The notes under the pieces: model-generated
The model's input: the letters and a program-made list of their open reading frames with translations, nothing else
The model's database searches: none
Told to the model about the DNA's origin: nothing
IMG/VR virus record: IMGVR_UViG_3300032260_000001
Coordinates: 1-62,562 of that record
Source of the DNA: a virus
Lineage: Duplodnaviria > Caudoviricetes
DNA: 62,562 nucleotides
Strand: one strand, 5' to 3'
Position numbers and translations under genes: made by a program
In this document: positions 61,356-62,562 of the stretch, one piece after another
How positions within the stretch are numbered: position 1 is the first letter of the stretch
Layout of the letters: each line of letters begins with the position of its first letter

Positions 61356-61724
61356 CTAGAACCAATCTACGGTGACGAGAATATCTCCCGCGCCTGCCGT
61401 ACACTCGCCACCTGTATTGATGACATGTACTGTGTCTGCCGCAATAATATTCGCGCCAGAAGTCGTTACTAGGGTTGCACCGTTTTGCCCAGCGTTAGCC
61501 GCACTGACAATAACCGTCAGCGTGCCGTAAGCATCAGGATCAGCCGCAGTGCCAACCGTGACAGTATTAGACGCATCCGTGACACCTGTCGTGACCACAG
61601 AACAGATATCAACTAACCGACCTGTCAAACCAGACGGGCCAATGAAACGACCAATCGTAGCCGCCGTGCTCAATGTTGCAGCAGGCAGGCGATAGGTGAT
61701 TGTTGTTGGATTTGAATAGCTCAT
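61356..61724 (-). CDS. Putative capsid decoration protein, paralog 1
   Basis: Directly after capsid gene; AAGGAGGT RBS. Confidence 0.65.
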   Translation of the reverse strand: MSYSNPTTITYRLPAATLSTAATIGRFIGPSGLTGRLVDICSVVTTGVTDASNTVTVGTAADPDAYGTLTVIVSAANAGQNGATLVTTSGANIIAADTVHVINTGGECTAGAGDILVTVDWF

Positions 61725-61735
61725 TGTTTACCTCC

Positions 61736-62562
61736 TTAAGCTGCTGAAGCCCATTCGATGATGCGAGCCTGTGCTGCTGCTGTATGAACAATGGCAAAAC
61801 CTTCTTGCGCATACCAAGCAACACCTTTATCGCGACCGTAATCGCCAGGGATCTTCCCGCGAATTTCAGGTGGAACAATGATGGCTTCCATTACTGTGTC
61901 ATCGCCAAAGAAAAACGCCTGGTCAGACTTACTATTGGTCCATGCCTGACTGGCAATCGCTGTCTGTTCAAAAAAGCGAATACCTTCATACGAACGACCC
62001 ACCTCACCGTTAAGGATGTATTGAAAGCCCTGATCAACATAAGAGTTGAGAGTTTCAAGATCATCTTTAAAACCACGGAAAGTTGAAGGCCGACCAATAC
62101 AGCGATAGTTACCATCACCAAACGCAGGAATGTTTCGTTCCTTCATCTGGTCACTGATCAGCTTCACATGCACGTTGTTCATCGCGATGTTATTGGTAGC
62201 CGTTGCAGTACCTGATGTTTCCAACGTAATGGCAGTCGCGCTGGTTCCACTTTCTGGCGTCACTGTTAAGGGTGTTGCGGAAAACTGCGTATGTGCAGCC
62301 GCTTCAAACGCCTTAGCAGCATCGTTTTTAAGGGCCTTGTGAATGATTTGACGCACAGGATGCGCGCTTCGATCATCTAAAACGCCGGTATACGGAACAC
62401 TATTCCCGTACTCATTAATCGTTCCCGATCCCTGAGTAATAGTGAACTGAGTTTCCGGCATAGTGTCGGTTTCAGTTAGCGTTGTGCCTTGCGTTTCAAC
62501 GTCGGAATAAATATTCCATTGGAACGCATCACCAACGTGTAGACCTTTGTTTGTAAAATCAT
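61736..62562 (-). CDS. Major capsid protein, 3' part
   Basis: EYGN.V.YT, GEVG..EGIRF, D.GR...VAWY typical of HK97-fold capsids; joins 1-251. Confidence 0.88.
   Translation of the reverse strand, partial: DFTNKGLHVGDAFQWNIYSDVETQGTTLTETDTMPETQFTITQGSGTINEYGNSVPYTGVLDDRSAHPVRQIIHKALKNDAAKAFEAAAHTQFSATPLTVTPESGTSATAITLETSGTATATNNIAMNNVHVKLISDQMKERNIPAFGDGNYRCIGRPSTFRGFKDDLETLNSYVDQGFQYILNGEVGRSYEGIRFFEQTAIASQAWTNSKSDQAFFFGDDTVMEAIIVPPEIRGKIPGDYGRDKGVAWYAQEGFAIVHTAAAQARIIEWASAA
62436..62562. repeat. 127-bp terminal direct repeat, copy 2
   Basis: Identical to 1-127. Confidence 0.97.

Noticed and set aside
244-62342. Many antisense or nested ORFs in the track (e.g. 244-786, 26393-26956, 37419-38027, 40527-40940, 51954-52385)
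   Set aside because: They overlap well-supported genes on the other strand or frame and lack RBS or recognisable motifs.
1-62562. Stop-codon recoding
   Set aside because: Core genes are intact in the standard code, TAG/TGA/TAA all terminate genes, and no suppressor anticodon is present.

Overview
The window is a complete circular genome (about 62,435 bp; 1-127 repeats as 62436-62562) of a temperate-looking, podovirus-like tailed phage, probably infecting a Gammaproteobacterium. The leftward late genes include TerS, an intein-containing TerL, portal, scaffold, a major capsid protein split across the contig ends, adaptor, tail and internal virion proteins, and a holin/M15 peptidase/lipase lysis cassette. 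There is a lambdoid cro/cI switch with dispersed operators, an O-type initiator with iterons, a primase Zn-finger protein, an SF4 helicase, NinB/NinG, a Q-like regulator, and Rad52-like/Gp157/SSB recombination genes. No integrase is visible; instead there is a ParA module with a 12-bp-periodic repeat array and an XerCD dif site flanked by IHF and DnaA boxes, which suggests a phage-plasmid. The most unusual items are: (1) a 250-aa unknown protein followed by a ~380-nt terminated non-coding region containing a circularly permuted tRNA-like domain, a second CCA-less tRNA-Lys mimic and a hexamer-periodic tract; (2) a ~230-nt tRNA-like RNA with a ~158-nt variable region; (3) an integron-cassette-like attC array with antisense genes and no integrase; (4) anti-defence candidates (Acb2 homologue with an Aca-like HTH, and a stand-alone CapW/BrxR-like wHTH); (5) an endolysin with no ATG/GTG/TTG start, in frame with the upstream holin. 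All family assignments come from motif recognition by eye; no database searches were run.
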